This document shows positions 19,000-27,177 of a DNA stretch of 64,000 nt, in pieces; positions within the stretch are counted from its first letter, which is position 1; every line of letters starts with the position of its first letter. The stretch lies in contig CAMBEJ010000003.1 in assembly GCA_945865375.1 (NCBI GenBank), positions 9,862 to 73,861 on the forward strand, written 5' to 3'. The notes beneath the pieces are model-generated. The model was not told where the DNA came from. It was given only the letters and a program-made list of their open reading frames with translations, and made no database searches. The translations under genes were made by a program, and so were the position numbers. The stretch is from Akkermansia muciniphila (GTDB lineage: Bacteria; Verrucomicrobiota; Verrucomicrobiia; Limisphaerales; F1-80-MAGS106).

Positions 19000-20112
19000 A
19001 TGAGCTGGTTCTATCAAAACGCGGTGCGTCCGCTGCTATTTTCCGGCGACTCCGAGGAAATCCATCGTGTCACCCTCGCCGGGTTGGGCTCGGTGTCACG
19101 CGTGCCTCTACTCTGCGATGCGGTCCAAACTTTTTGTGGCAGCGAGGAACTGCCTGTGGACGTCTTCGGGATGCGCTTCCCGAATCCGGTCGGGCTTGCG
19201 GCGGGGATGGACAAATACGCCGAGGCTGTGCCGGTCTGGCGTTCCCTGGGATTTGGTTTTTCCGAGCTCGGTGGGGTCACTTCACATGAACAAACAGGCA
19301 ACCCGGTTCCTCGCTTGTTTCGAGGTGTGGAGGATGGAGCCCTGGTGAACCGAATGGGGTTCAACAACCCGGGCGCCCAAAGAATGGCCGAGATCCTAGG
19401 TTCGTGGAAAGGGTGCGGACGGTGGCCCGAGCATCCGGTCGGTGTGAACCTCGGCAAATCAAAGGTCACGCCGTTGGAGGACGCCGCCCGCGATTACGCC
19501 GATTCATTCCGGTTGCTCAAACCGTTCGCCGACTTTTTCGTGGTGAATGTCAGCTCCCCAAACACTCCCAATCTTCGCCAACTCCAAGACAAAGCTGCCC
19601 TCGACTCGATCCTGGCAGCGATTCAGAAAGAGAATCGCCCTTCCGCATCGGGAGGATTCGCCAAACCTTTGCTCGTGAAAGTGGCTCCGGATCTCTCTTG
19701 GGAAGCCCTTGACGATATCGTCGACCTTGTGCTGGCGCGCAAAGTATCGGGCATCGTGGCGACCAACACCACGGTGTCGAGGCCGGAGTCGGTGTCCTTG
19801 AGTTTAAAGCAAACGTATGCTGAGGCGGGCGGATTGAGCGGGAGACCGCTTCGAGCGCGGAGCACCGACATCGTCCAACATTTATGGAAGCAGACAAAAG
19901 GCAAGGTGCCGATTATTGGGGTCGGAGGGATTTTTAACGCGGCGGATGCCTGGGAAAAGATCGTTGCGGGAGCGACGCTGGTGGAAGCCTACACCGGCTT
20001 GGTATATGAAGGCCCTACCCTTGCGCGGCAGATCGTTGAGGGTCTGAGGAAGCGGCTTGAGGAATGCGGCTTCGAATCCATCCAGGACGCCGTCGGGTCA
20101 GCCAACAAATGA
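19000..20112 (+). CDS. pyrD: Dihydroorotate dehydrogenase (quinone), class 2
   Basis: 370-aa ORF with motifs GFNNPG, GVNLGKSK, NVSSPNTPNLR, GIVATNTT, GGLSG and IIGVGGI. Confidence 0.92.
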   Translation: MSWFYQNAVRPLLFSGDSEEIHRVTLAGLGSVSRVPLLCDAVQTFCGSEELPVDVFGMRFPNPVGLAAGMDKYAEAVPVWRSLGFGFSELGGVTSHEQTGNPVPRLFRGVEDGALVNRMGFNNPGAQRMAEILGSWKGCGRWPEHPVGVNLGKSKVTPLEDAARDYADSFRLLKPFADFFVVNVSSPNTPNLRQLQDKAALDSILAAIQKENRPSASGGFAKPLLVKVAPDLSWEALDDIVDLVLARKVSGIVATNTTVSRPESVSLSLKQTYAEAGGLSGRPLRARSTDIVQHLWKQTKGKVPIIGVGGIFNAADAWEKIVAGATLVEAYTGLVYEGPTLARQIVEGLRKRLEECGFESIQDAVGSANK

Positions 20113-20122
20113 CCGCTCCCGC

Positions 20123-20173
20123 CAGTAATTCTCATTTTCGCCGACGAAGTGGGTAGACCTCCAAGGTCTGCCA
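20123..20173. repeat. Partial copy (terminal arm) of MITE-like family 3
   Basis: CAGTAATTCTCATTTTCGCCGACGAAGTGGGTAGACCTCCAAGGTCTGCCA aligns with 21660-21710 (CATCAGTTCTCATTGTGGTAGGCAAAGTGGAGTAGACCTCCAGGTCTGCCA). Confidence 0.55.
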
Positions 20174-20214
20174 TTGGAGTTTGGACATTAAGGAGACATC
20201 TCTGGCCTTCCTTC

Positions 20215-20285
20215 GGGGCGGGGACGGCTTCGTCCCCGGTTCGAGTGACTAACCGAGAGGACCTGGGGACGAGCCGTCCCCGCCC
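20215..20285. repeat. GC-rich long hairpin (about 22-bp stem)
   Basis: GGGGCGGGGACGGCTTCGTCCCC ... GGGGACGAGCCGTCCCCGCCCC, with a single-base bulge in the stem. Lies in the pyrD 3' spacer next to the family-3 fragment. Confidence 0.7.
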
Positions 20286-20437
20286 CGCTTCCTAGGGCCA
20301 GTGTCTGCTCAGCAGTTTTGTCCTCTTTCCATTTTTTATGAACTTCACCCTGAAACCGCCAGCGCGCACCCGACTTTGGTTCGAAGATCTGTCAGTCGCG
20401 CTCCCGAGCCGGTTAGAAATCGGCGCTCCGGCAAAAT

Positions 20438-20746
20438 TCAGTGTGCGGCGGCCATGATCTCAGCCGATTCGGATGCGATGTCGAGGGCATTTTCCAAACT
20501 GACCAAGCGACGCAGCAAGGATCGATAAAGGCGGTAGGCTTCCGGGCCATGTTCGGCGACCAAGAGATCGTAAAGTTGGTGTTCGGGCAACGGGCAGGGA
20601 AAAGCCGCTTGAGGGATTTTAACACCACATCGCGCGAGCCGCGGAGCGGCAATCAATACGAGCAAAGCGGCGACACTGCGAATGCCGCTCTCGAGGTCGC
20701 GAAGGCCGTCGTGGAGGATCTCTCCACCCGGTAATTCTTCATGCAT
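20438..20746 (-). CDS. Hypothetical small helical protein (partner of the upstream NTase-like gene)
   Basis: ORF track 20438..20797. The probable start is ATG 20746 (MHEELPGGEILHDGLRDLESG), which overlaps the upstream gene end by 8 nt. No recognisable motif. Confidence 0.5.
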   Translation of the reverse strand: MHEELPGGEILHDGLRDLESGIRSVAALLVLIAAPRLARCGVKIPQAAFPCPLPEHQLYDLLVAEHGPEAYRLYRSLLRRLVSLENALDIASESAEIMAAAH

Positions 20747-21242
20747 TGGCAAACCCTCCCAAAAACTCCTTAACGCGCCGGATAAATGACTCGGCATCGA
20801 TGGCGGGATAGCGATTGAAGCCCGGGATCAATGCTTCGGCGTGAGCCAATAGTTCCTGCGCCGCCACCAGTTTCAGCCGCAGCATCTCGGTCACATCCAG
20901 CAGGTCTTTGGCGTGTCCACGTTCCAGTTTCGACAAGCTCTGTGCATAAAAGTCGTAGTGGTAAACCTGGAGCTTGCCAAAGCTGCCCACAAACCGGCTT
21001 CTCTCCCGCCATGCCGTCAGCGGAGGGATGAAATCAGCCGGTGACGCCAACTCGACGTTGATTGACAGCGCTCGCTTCAAAGCGGGGATTGCTTCGAACA
21101 CGCCATCGGGCTCCGGGTCGAAGCTCAGACCCACGTCAATCGTCGTGTCCCGCCAGCCCAACAGAATCGCGCTGCTCCCGCCCGTAATAAAACAGACGCC
21201 CGGAGTCTTCGCGCTGGCGCCCAATCGGGAGAGGAAATCCAA
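20739..21242 (-). CDS. Nucleotidyltransferase-fold-like protein (resembles the DUF6036-type family; tentative)
   Basis: 167-aa ORF with a TTG start in the track. The segment CFITGGSSAILLGWRDTTIDVGLSF resembles the minimal-NTase G[GS]x9-13DxD strand-turn. The reading frame stays open upstream to 21314, but without an ATG or GTG. Confidence 0.55.
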   Translation of the reverse strand: MDFLSRLGASAKTPGVCFITGGSSAILLGWRDTTIDVGLSFDPEPDGVFEAIPALKRALSINVELASPADFIPPLTAWRERSRFVGSFGKLQVYHYDFYAQSLSKLERGHAKDLLDVTEMLRLKLVAAQELLAHAEALIPGFNRYPAIDAESFIRRVKEFLGGFANA

Positions 21243-21334
21243 CAGCTTTTCTTTCGTTAGTTTTTCGACCAGCCTTCGAGTGTAGCGTAGCGACCCTTCG
21301 TCGTCATGCCCTGTTTAATAAGTCACTCAGCAGC

Positions 21335-21558
21335 GGGTGCAACTCACGGTTTCCGGGAGGTGTCGTTCGGAGGACAATACCTACCGCAGAATGGGAAGAG
21401 TTAACCACGGATGACACGGATAGCACGGATAAAGTACCCCTCTCCGCTCCCTTTCCTCATCCGTGTTATCCGTGTCATCCGTGGTGTCACTTCAGCGTGG
21501 TTAAGCGGCGGGATACCCGCGTCAGGGGAGGCGACCTCGGATAACGTGAGTTGCACCC
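21335..21558. mobile_element. MITE-like element, family 1, copy 1 (224 bp)
   Basis: Perfect 14-bp terminal inverted repeats GGGTGCAACTCACG / CGTGAGTTGCACCC. Flanked by an exact 9-bp direct repeat CTCAGCAGC (21326-21334 and 21559-21567). Central tandem-repeat-stem hairpin at 21404-21485 (unit CACGGATA/G). Confidence 0.85.
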
Positions 21559-21659
21559 CTCAGCAGCGAGCAGTTCACCGGTTTGCATTCTGGCCGTTCG
21601 ACTACGGCACTCACAAAAGGGATCTAACACCGACAACGGTTTTCGTTTCCTCGCGCAGC

Positions 21660-21804
21660 CATCAGTTCTCATTGTGGTAGGCAAAGTGGAGTAGACCTCC
21701 AGGTCTGCCAGTCGCGGAGGCCTCTGGCCCCGCACGGAGTGGGACACTCCGCGAACCGGCAGGTCGGAGACCCTGCCCCACCGTGTTCAAAATGAGAACC
21801 GCTG
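21660..21804. mobile_element. MITE-like element, family 3, full copy (145 bp)
   Basis: Termini CATCAGTTCTCATT / AATGAGAACCGCTG match at 12 of 14 positions as inverted repeats. Flanked by an exact 9-bp direct repeat TCGCGCAGC (21651-21659 and 21805-21813). Internal palindrome AGACCTCCAGGTCT. Confidence 0.8.
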
Positions 21805-21823
21805 TCGCGCAGCGGGAGTCGAT

Positions 21824-22834
21824 TTATTTCCTAGCGCACATCATGGCAGTGCATGCCTTGATCACACTCTGGGAATCGATCGTTTCCATGAGAAATTCTC
21901 CGGGACCGTTCCCGCCGTACGGGTCGCCGACTGGCAGAACGATTTGGTGAGGCACCTTCCACGGCGCCCACTGGCTGACAACAGAAGGACCGAACAACGC
22001 CACAATAGGGCACTGGCAGGCGGCGGCAAGATGCATCGCCGCCGTGTCCACGCCGACGAACAATTTGGCCCGATGCAACACCCAGGCCAGGTGCGCCCAT
22101 GTGAGGGTGCCTTGGGTGGAAATGGCCCTCGACCCCAACTCTGCTGTGAGTCGTGCCGCGCTTTCAACCTCCTCGGTGTCGGGCCCAGCGCTGATCACGA
22201 TTCGCGGTACATGATTCAAAAGTGATCGGCCAACCTCAACCCACCGGTCGTGCAGCCACCGCTTCCTCTTCCACCGTGTTCCCGGGTGAAGCACCACAAA
22301 GTCCGCATCGCCTTCGAGTTTGTCCCATTTCATGGTTCTCGAACGATCAAAAACCATCGGAGGCGGCGCAGCACCGATCGGAAGAAAGTCGCGCACCGTA
22401 AAGAAATCTTTTTCAACGCGGTGCCCCTGAGCCCACTCGTGATGCGACCGGCCGTTGAACCAGAGGCGCCACCAGGGGTTGAGTGAGTAAAACGATGTGT
22501 TGGCGCACCGTCTGCAGGCCGCGCTCAGGCCAGCAACCCATCGACCCCGATCCCCATCGGTGAGTTCGAAGGCGTAATCAAACCTCTGTCGTCGGAGTTC
22601 CAAACCTAGCTTGACCTCGGACCACCACTCCACCCGGGAACGGTTCCCCGCTTCAGGCGCCGCCGCCGTCAGAACCCGGTCGATGACGGAACAACCCTCA
22701 AGAACACCCTCGGTTCCTCTCCGAACGACCACCCAGATCAAGGCATTCGGGTCGAATTCACGAACCGCCTGCAAGGTCGGCGTCAACAGCAACGCATCCC
22801 CTATGTGTTTCAGTTTGACAAATAAATACCGCAT
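21824..22834 (-). CDS. Glycosyltransferase family 9 (LPS heptosyltransferase-like)
   Basis: ORF track 21824..22981. The likely start is ATG 22834 (MRYLFVKLKHIGDALLLTPTLQAVRE, the typical GT9 N-terminus). C-terminal motif is FVGVDTAAMHLAAA. Confidence 0.85.
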   Translation of the reverse strand: MRYLFVKLKHIGDALLLTPTLQAVREFDPNALIWVVVRRGTEGVLEGCSVIDRVLTAAAPEAGNRSRVEWWSEVKLGLELRRQRFDYAFELTDGDRGRWVAGLSAACRRCANTSFYSLNPWWRLWFNGRSHHEWAQGHRVEKDFFTVRDFLPIGAAPPPMVFDRSRTMKWDKLEGDADFVVLHPGTRWKRKRWLHDRWVEVGRSLLNHVPRIVISAGPDTEEVESAARLTAELGSRAISTQGTLTWAHLAWVLHRAKLFVGVDTAAMHLAAACQCPIVALFGPSVVSQWAPWKVPHQIVLPVGDPYGGNGPGEFLMETIDSQSVIKACTAMMCARK

Positions 22835-23010
22835 CGCGCGATCTATCAGGGCAGAGCTCCTGCAGGGTGGGAAGCGGAAAATGCTCTGAACGCAGCAGTT
22901 CCGCCCGCTGGCGCGCGGGCGGGGACGACGCAGCGCACCGTCCCTACCTGATGTCTTTCGGCCGAGGGGGGTGCGATCCATTTTCCATGCGGTCAGGAGT
23001 TCTGAGCCTC

Positions 23011-23229
23011 TGAACTCAGTAAAACGACCCTGCTCTCGAGCAACTCCAATTCCCTGCTCCTGCTCCTGCTCCTGCTCGTAATCGTAATCGTAATCGTAAT
23101 CGTAATCCTCCCCTCTGTTTCAAGCGCAACACCCGAGGATTAGGATGAGGATTACAATTACGATTACGACAAATGGAGGAATTGAAGTGGCTCGTCCGGT
23201 TGCGATTCCAACCGCTTTTGCTGAGTTCT
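23011..23229. mobile_element. MITE-like element, family 2, long copy with hexamer-repeat hairpin
   Basis: Termini are TGAACTCAGTAAAACGACCCTG and CGCTTTTGCTGAGTTCT. Internal (CTGCTC)4 at 23054-23077 and (GTAATC)5 at 23078-23107 pair with GAGGATTAGGATGAGGATTACAATTACGATTACGAC. The loop CCCCTCTGTTTCAAGCGCAACACCCGAGGA is nearly identical to that at 16638-16667. Flanks show no clean duplication. Confidence 0.65.
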
Positions 23230-23282
23230 GAGCTTGGTGCAGGAGCCCATCTCGAAGGGCCGAGGGATGGACAGCCGACCAC

Positions 23283-23514
23283 GGGTGCAACTCACGGTTT
23301 CCGGGAGGTGTCGTTCGGAGGACAATACCTACCGCAGAATGGGAAGAGTAACCACGGATAACACGGATAGCACGGATAGCACGGATAAAGTACCCCTCTC
23401 AGCTCCCTTTCCTCATCCGTGTTATCCGTGTCATCCGTGGTGTCACTTCAGCGTGGTTAAGCGGCGGGATACCCGCGTCAGGGGAGGCGACCTCGGATAA
23501 CGTGAGTTGCACCC
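23283..23514. mobile_element. MITE-like element, family 1, copy 2 (232 bp)
   Basis: Same 14-bp TIRs as copy 1. Flanked by an exact 9-bp direct repeat GCCGACCAC (23274-23282 and 23515-23523). The central hairpin 5' arm carries one extra 9-nt unit relative to copy 1. Confidence 0.85.
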
Positions 23515-23593
23515 GCCGACCACGCCTCATGCTTTTTGAACTTATCAAACCATCGGAGTTTTGAAAGGATTGCGAGAGAATGATGCGATCCCT

Positions 23594-24667
23594 ATGAAAC
23601 TGGCCTTGATTCGTCGAAAGTTCGACGCGGGCGGTGGCGCGGAACTTTACACGCAACGCCTCCTCACCGCGTTGGTGGAGGCAGGTCACGACGTGCATCT
23701 GTTCGCCGAATCCTGGGCTGAAGCCCCTGCCCAGGTTCGATTCCATCCGGTCGGCGTCCGAGCTCCCCGAGCAAGTCGCGCTCGGATGTTTGCCGAAACT
23801 GTCCAGGCTCAATTGCGTTCAATCCATTTTGACTGCGTCTTCAGCCTCGAGCGGACACTCCGACAAGACGTGTATCGGGCTGGGGACGGGGTTCATCGTG
23901 TGTGGTTGGAACGTCGGCGCGAGTTTGCTCCCTGGTGGAAACGATGGCTCATTGGGCGAGGCCGTTTCCACCAGAGCATGCTGGCACTGGAGCGGGAAAC
24001 CTTCTCGCCTTCAAACACACGCCATATCATTGTCAATTCGGAGATGGTTCGACATGAGATCCAGAGGTGCTTCGACTTTCCTGACGAGCGGATCCATCTG
24101 GTTCGAAATGGCGTGTGTGTTGAACGATTTCAAAATCTGGACCGCCGCGCCGCACGATCTCGATTCGGATTTTCCGAGTCCGACTTCGTCCTGTTGTTCG
24201 CCGGGTCTGGTTGGGATCGGAAAGGTCTCCGGTATGCGATCGAGGTTGCCCGGCGTCTCCAAGGAGCTCAAGTCAAACTCCTGGTCGCAGGCAAGGGAAA
24301 AGCCCCCTCTAATTCGCCATCGAATGTGTTGTTCACAGGCCCCCTGAGGGATGTGGAGACTGCTTATGCGGCTGGGGATCTCCTCCTGTGCCTCCCCACT
24401 TACGAACCGTCGGCGAATGTCGTGTGCGAAGCGCTCGCCTCGGGGTTGCCTGTCGTCACCTGTATTCAAAATGGCGCCGCGGAATGGATACAGAGAGGTG
24501 TGACTGGGTCCATCGTTGACAATCCCGCCGATGTTTCCTCCGTGCTGGCCGCTGTCGAACCTTGGCTCCTGCGTCCCCGAAAACCCTTCCCGATCGAACT
24601 GGACGACCTCCGCTTAGAACGCAATGTGAGAGAGACGCTCGCAGTCATCTCACTCTGTCGGCAGTGA
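23594..24667 (+). CDS. Glycosyltransferase family 4 (GT-B, WaaG-like)
   Basis: ORF track 23561..24667. The likely start is ATG 23594 (MKLALIRRKFDAGGGAELYTQRL). C-terminal GT-B motif is EPSANVVCEALASGLPVV. Confidence 0.85.
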   Translation: MKLALIRRKFDAGGGAELYTQRLLTALVEAGHDVHLFAESWAEAPAQVRFHPVGVRAPRASRARMFAETVQAQLRSIHFDCVFSLERTLRQDVYRAGDGVHRVWLERRREFAPWWKRWLIGRGRFHQSMLALERETFSPSNTRHIIVNSEMVRHEIQRCFDFPDERIHLVRNGVCVERFQNLDRRAARSRFGFSESDFVLLFAGSGWDRKGLRYAIEVARRLQGAQVKLLVAGKGKAPSNSPSNVLFTGPLRDVETAYAAGDLLLCLPTYEPSANVVCEALASGLPVVTCIQNGAAEWIQRGVTGSIVDNPADVSSVLAAVEPWLLRPRKPFPIELDDLRLERNVRETLAVISLCRQ

Positions 24668-24826
24668 GGATCGGCCTCAGGTCGTTCACCCGGGTGTGTG
24701 ACCGCAAAGTAACCTGAGAGTGAGGATTTGGCCTCCGTTGTGGTTTTGGAAACAGGGTGCCATGCTCGTGTGCTGCAAGATTGGTCCCTTGACGATCGAT
24801 CCTGAATCCGGCAGATCGATTCACCT

Positions 24827-24940
24827 CAAAGAACGCAAAGAACGCATAGGGAAAGAGTTGCGAACATCCAAAGCATCACCCGGCAGGGGACCCTTTAATA
24901 ACTTGGTAAGTTCTTGTCTTTGCGTTCTCTGCGTTCTTTG
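24827..24940 (-). repeat. Tandem-repeat-stem hairpin (unit AACGCAAAG), opposite orientation to the others
   Basis: Arms are CAAAGAACGCAAAGAACGCA and TGCGTTCTCTGCGTTCTTTG. The single mismatch is A opposite C on the + strand, which is G-T on the - strand. On the - strand the loop starts AAGACAAGAAC and ends CTCTTTCCCTA, like the loops at 16753 and 21431. Confidence 0.8.
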
Positions 24941-25060
24941 CGGTTAATTCAACTGCTCTTTCCAGGATGGTCAGTTCGAACAAATCTTCGCCGATTAGCA
25001 GGGTAGGACCGTATTTGTCCCACCCTCTCTCGTAGGATCCACATAAAACAGAGGATCACT

Positions 25061-25255
25061 ATGAACAAGAAACAACTTGAATTGTTGATGGTAAACCGAA
25101 CGCTGCGTGGGTTGCGCACGGAGCTCCGTGCGGAACGTCGCACCTTCGTCGCAAGGCTTTGGTTTCAACGGATGCACCACATCGTCGACCGCACCCTGGA
25201 ATGGAACAGAGCCCCGGGCGAGCGTCCTGAGCAGGGGACACTGACCTTGACTTGA
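25061..25255 (+). CDS. Possible small basic coiled-coil protein (64 aa)
   Basis: ATG preceded by AGAGGA 7 nt upstream (a good Shine-Dalgarno). Arg-rich helical sequence with no homology recognisable by eye. Lies in an otherwise non-coding 690-bp spacer. Confidence 0.3.
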   Translation: MNKKQLELLMVNRTLRGLRTELRAERRTFVARLWFQRMHHIVDRTLEWNRAPGERPEQGTLTLT

Positions 25256-25289
25256 AATTCAACGAGGGCAGGGCGAGCCGCTAAAACGG

Positions 25290-25352
25290 ATGACTGATGA
25301 CTGATGACTGATGACTGATGACTGCTCACTGCTCACTCCTCACTCCTCACTG
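25290..25352. repeat. Two abutting heptamer tandem arrays: (ATGACTG)5 then (CTCACTS)4
   Basis: Direct reading: 25290-25324 is five exact ATGACTG units, and 25325-25352 is CTCACTG CTCACTC CTCACTC CTCACTG. Lies immediately 3' of the 25361 gene stop. Confidence 0.9.
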
Positions 25353-25360
25353 GGGGGTTC

Positions 25361-26353
25361 TTAGCGGTCCTTGCCTTTGCCCGAAACTTTGCCGCGAAAT
25401 TCCTTGAGAAGAATCTCAATTTTGTCCGGGTTTGGGGAAATGGTCTTGAGTAACTCCAAGTGTCCAACCCCCTCCTGCCATCGGCCTTCACTCTCATCCA
25501 GACGCACCAAAGCTGTCACGATCTGTCCCAAACCGAACACATCAGGCTCCGCTTTTCCCATCTCACCTTTGCGCCATTTTACAATCGCCAGTTCCAAGAC
25601 ATTTCGAGCCCGCACCGGATCATTTCGATTTTCAGCAAACACTTTTCCCAGCTCGCAAAGAATCTGGTGCGCATCCGGATTCAGCAGCCAGCCCTCGCGC
25701 AAAAACTGAATGGCTTCATCGGGTTTGCCAAGACGCGTTCTCAACCAAAACGCGGCCACCGTATACACCTCTACTTTGTTGGGATCCAGTTCTGCCGCAA
25801 GCCGCAACCATGGCAGTATTTCTTCCTGACCAGTCGCCCTCTCCAAATGACTATGTTCTGACGGAAAAAAATGCCTCCCAAACCGGTCGATCCAATCCGA
25901 CGCCTTGCCCAGAAACTTCAGTTCATCCTCTTGATCATGCCGATCTCCATCGCTCTCTCCTTGGCCATGACCGTGATCATGATCATGATCGTGATCTTGT
26001 TCTTTGTCTTTGCCTTTGACTGGCTCATGGGCCGGGTCCTGATGCTCTTCCTTGCTTGCCGCATCGTGTGGATCAGATTCCTGCTCTGAAACCAGGTGGA
26101 CGTCCCCGCGGACCTTGCCTTCGTCTTTGACGTCGAAGATGCTCGGATAATAGCCACTGTGAAAGTAGGCGTCTGCTTTCAGAAAAAAATGATTCGCGAA
26201 AAGCCTGCGGCTGTCCCCCAAAACCACCGATAACAAATCCCCCCGGCCCGGCCGCCGTCCGTTTCTCTCCGCGAAGCGAGGGGCGAGCACGGTCGAAGCG
26301 GTGAAACAGGACGCAAACAAAGCCATCAAGGCAAAATAGGCTAATCTGTTCAT
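25361..26353 (-). CDS. Membrane-anchored TPR-like protein with a His/Asp-rich insert
   Basis: 330-aa ORF with an N-terminal hydrophobic anchor (YFALMALFASCF). Contains an acidic His-rich tract, DKEQDHDHDHDHGHGQGESDGDRHDQEDE. The C-terminal half is helical-repeat-like. Last gene of the ABC operon. Confidence 0.7.
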   Translation of the reverse strand: MNRLAYFALMALFASCFTASTVLAPRFAERNGRRPGRGDLLSVVLGDSRRLFANHFFLKADAYFHSGYYPSIFDVKDEGKVRGDVHLVSEQESDPHDAASKEEHQDPAHEPVKGKDKEQDHDHDHDHGHGQGESDGDRHDQEDELKFLGKASDWIDRFGRHFFPSEHSHLERATGQEEILPWLRLAAELDPNKVEVYTVAAFWLRTRLGKPDEAIQFLREGWLLNPDAHQILCELGKVFAENRNDPVRARNVLELAIVKWRKGEMGKAEPDVFGLGQIVTALVRLDESEGRWQEGVGHLELLKTISPNPDKIEILLKEFRGKVSGKGKDR

Positions 26354-26373
26354 TCAACCGCCTGTTTCAGCCG

Positions 26374-27153
26374 CTACAGGGTGAGCGCCTTCCTCCGGAA
26401 TACCAGCCATGTCGCACACAAGAAAAAAGCTGAATAAAGCATTGCGTATCCCAAAGCGCCCAAGAACCATGCGAAGGAAATCGCGGCCCTATTGTGAACA
26501 AGCATGTCTCGCATGTCAAAAAACTCCAGGTGTGGCATCGTAAAGTACACCAGTTGCAACAGCGTTCTCACCGGTTCATCGAGCCGTTGGGCGATCTGAC
26601 CGAGGTGGCGACCCACGAACAGAACGGAACCCGCTACGATGAGAGAAAGTGTGGTGTTCGCGGAGGGCGTGCTGATCGTGACGGATCCCAGAAGCGTCAT
26701 GGCGATGACCACGGCCGCGAAGGCCGCTTGCAGAACCAGGGCATACGCATAGTTCGCAAAGACGATCTCCTTCTCCCGCGCGGCGCTCACGACTCCAAAA
26801 AACAGGTAAAAGACGGCCAAAGCGATGCAGGAAGCTGCCCAGCAGCCCAGGAATTTTCCAAAAACCAGATGCCAGCGTGTTACTGGCTTGGCGAGGAGCG
26901 GGAAAATGGTCCTCTGCTCCATCTCAGCGGGGATCTGCCGCGCCGTTGTCGCGATGGCGATCACCATCACGGAGATCCAGATCAGCAGAAGGCATAGTTC
27001 CTTCAAATACCGCGCAGCGCTAATGTCGCCGAAGAAATTCATGCTCCCCAGCAGGATCGTCAAGACTGCGGTCAGCACGAAAAGGACGTAGAAATCCTTC
27101 CTCCGATACAACTCCTTAACCACCAGACCGCCTATGGCCCATGATGTTCTCAT
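26374..27153 (-). CDS. ABC-2 family transporter permease
   Basis: 259-aa ORF with six predicted hydrophobic helices. Located 24 bp downstream of the ABC ATPase gene. Confidence 0.8.
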   Translation of the reverse strand: MRTSWAIGGLVVKELYRRKDFYVLFVLTAVLTILLGSMNFFGDISAARYLKELCLLLIWISVMVIAIATTARQIPAEMEQRTIFPLLAKPVTRWHLVFGKFLGCWAASCIALAVFYLFFGVVSAAREKEIVFANYAYALVLQAAFAAVVIAMTLLGSVTISTPSANTTLSLIVAGSVLFVGRHLGQIAQRLDEPVRTLLQLVYFTMPHLEFFDMRDMLVHNRAAISFAWFLGALGYAMLYSAFFLCATWLVFRRKALTL

Positions 27154-27177
27154 ATCCGGGTGTTGAATGAAAAAGCC

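Noticed and set aside
20236-20262. tRNA-like T-arm sequence GGTTCGAGTGAC in the pyrD 3' spacer.
   Set aside because: There is no acceptor stem, D-arm or anticodon arm around it. It is the loop region of the GC-rich hairpin at 20215-20285.
20301-20528. 75-aa plus-strand ORF after the pyrD spacer.
   Set aside because: It starts within repeat-derived sequence, overlaps the 3' part of the minus-strand gene 20438..20746, and has no ribosome-binding site or motif.
16590-25352. Whether the recurring short repeats (hexamer/octamer/nonamer arrays and repeated ~30-nt blocks) could be CRISPR arrays.
   Set aside because: The repeats are contiguous tandem units with no spacers, and they are paired as inverted arms of hairpins. 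No regular repeat-spacer periodicity, leader or cas genes are present.
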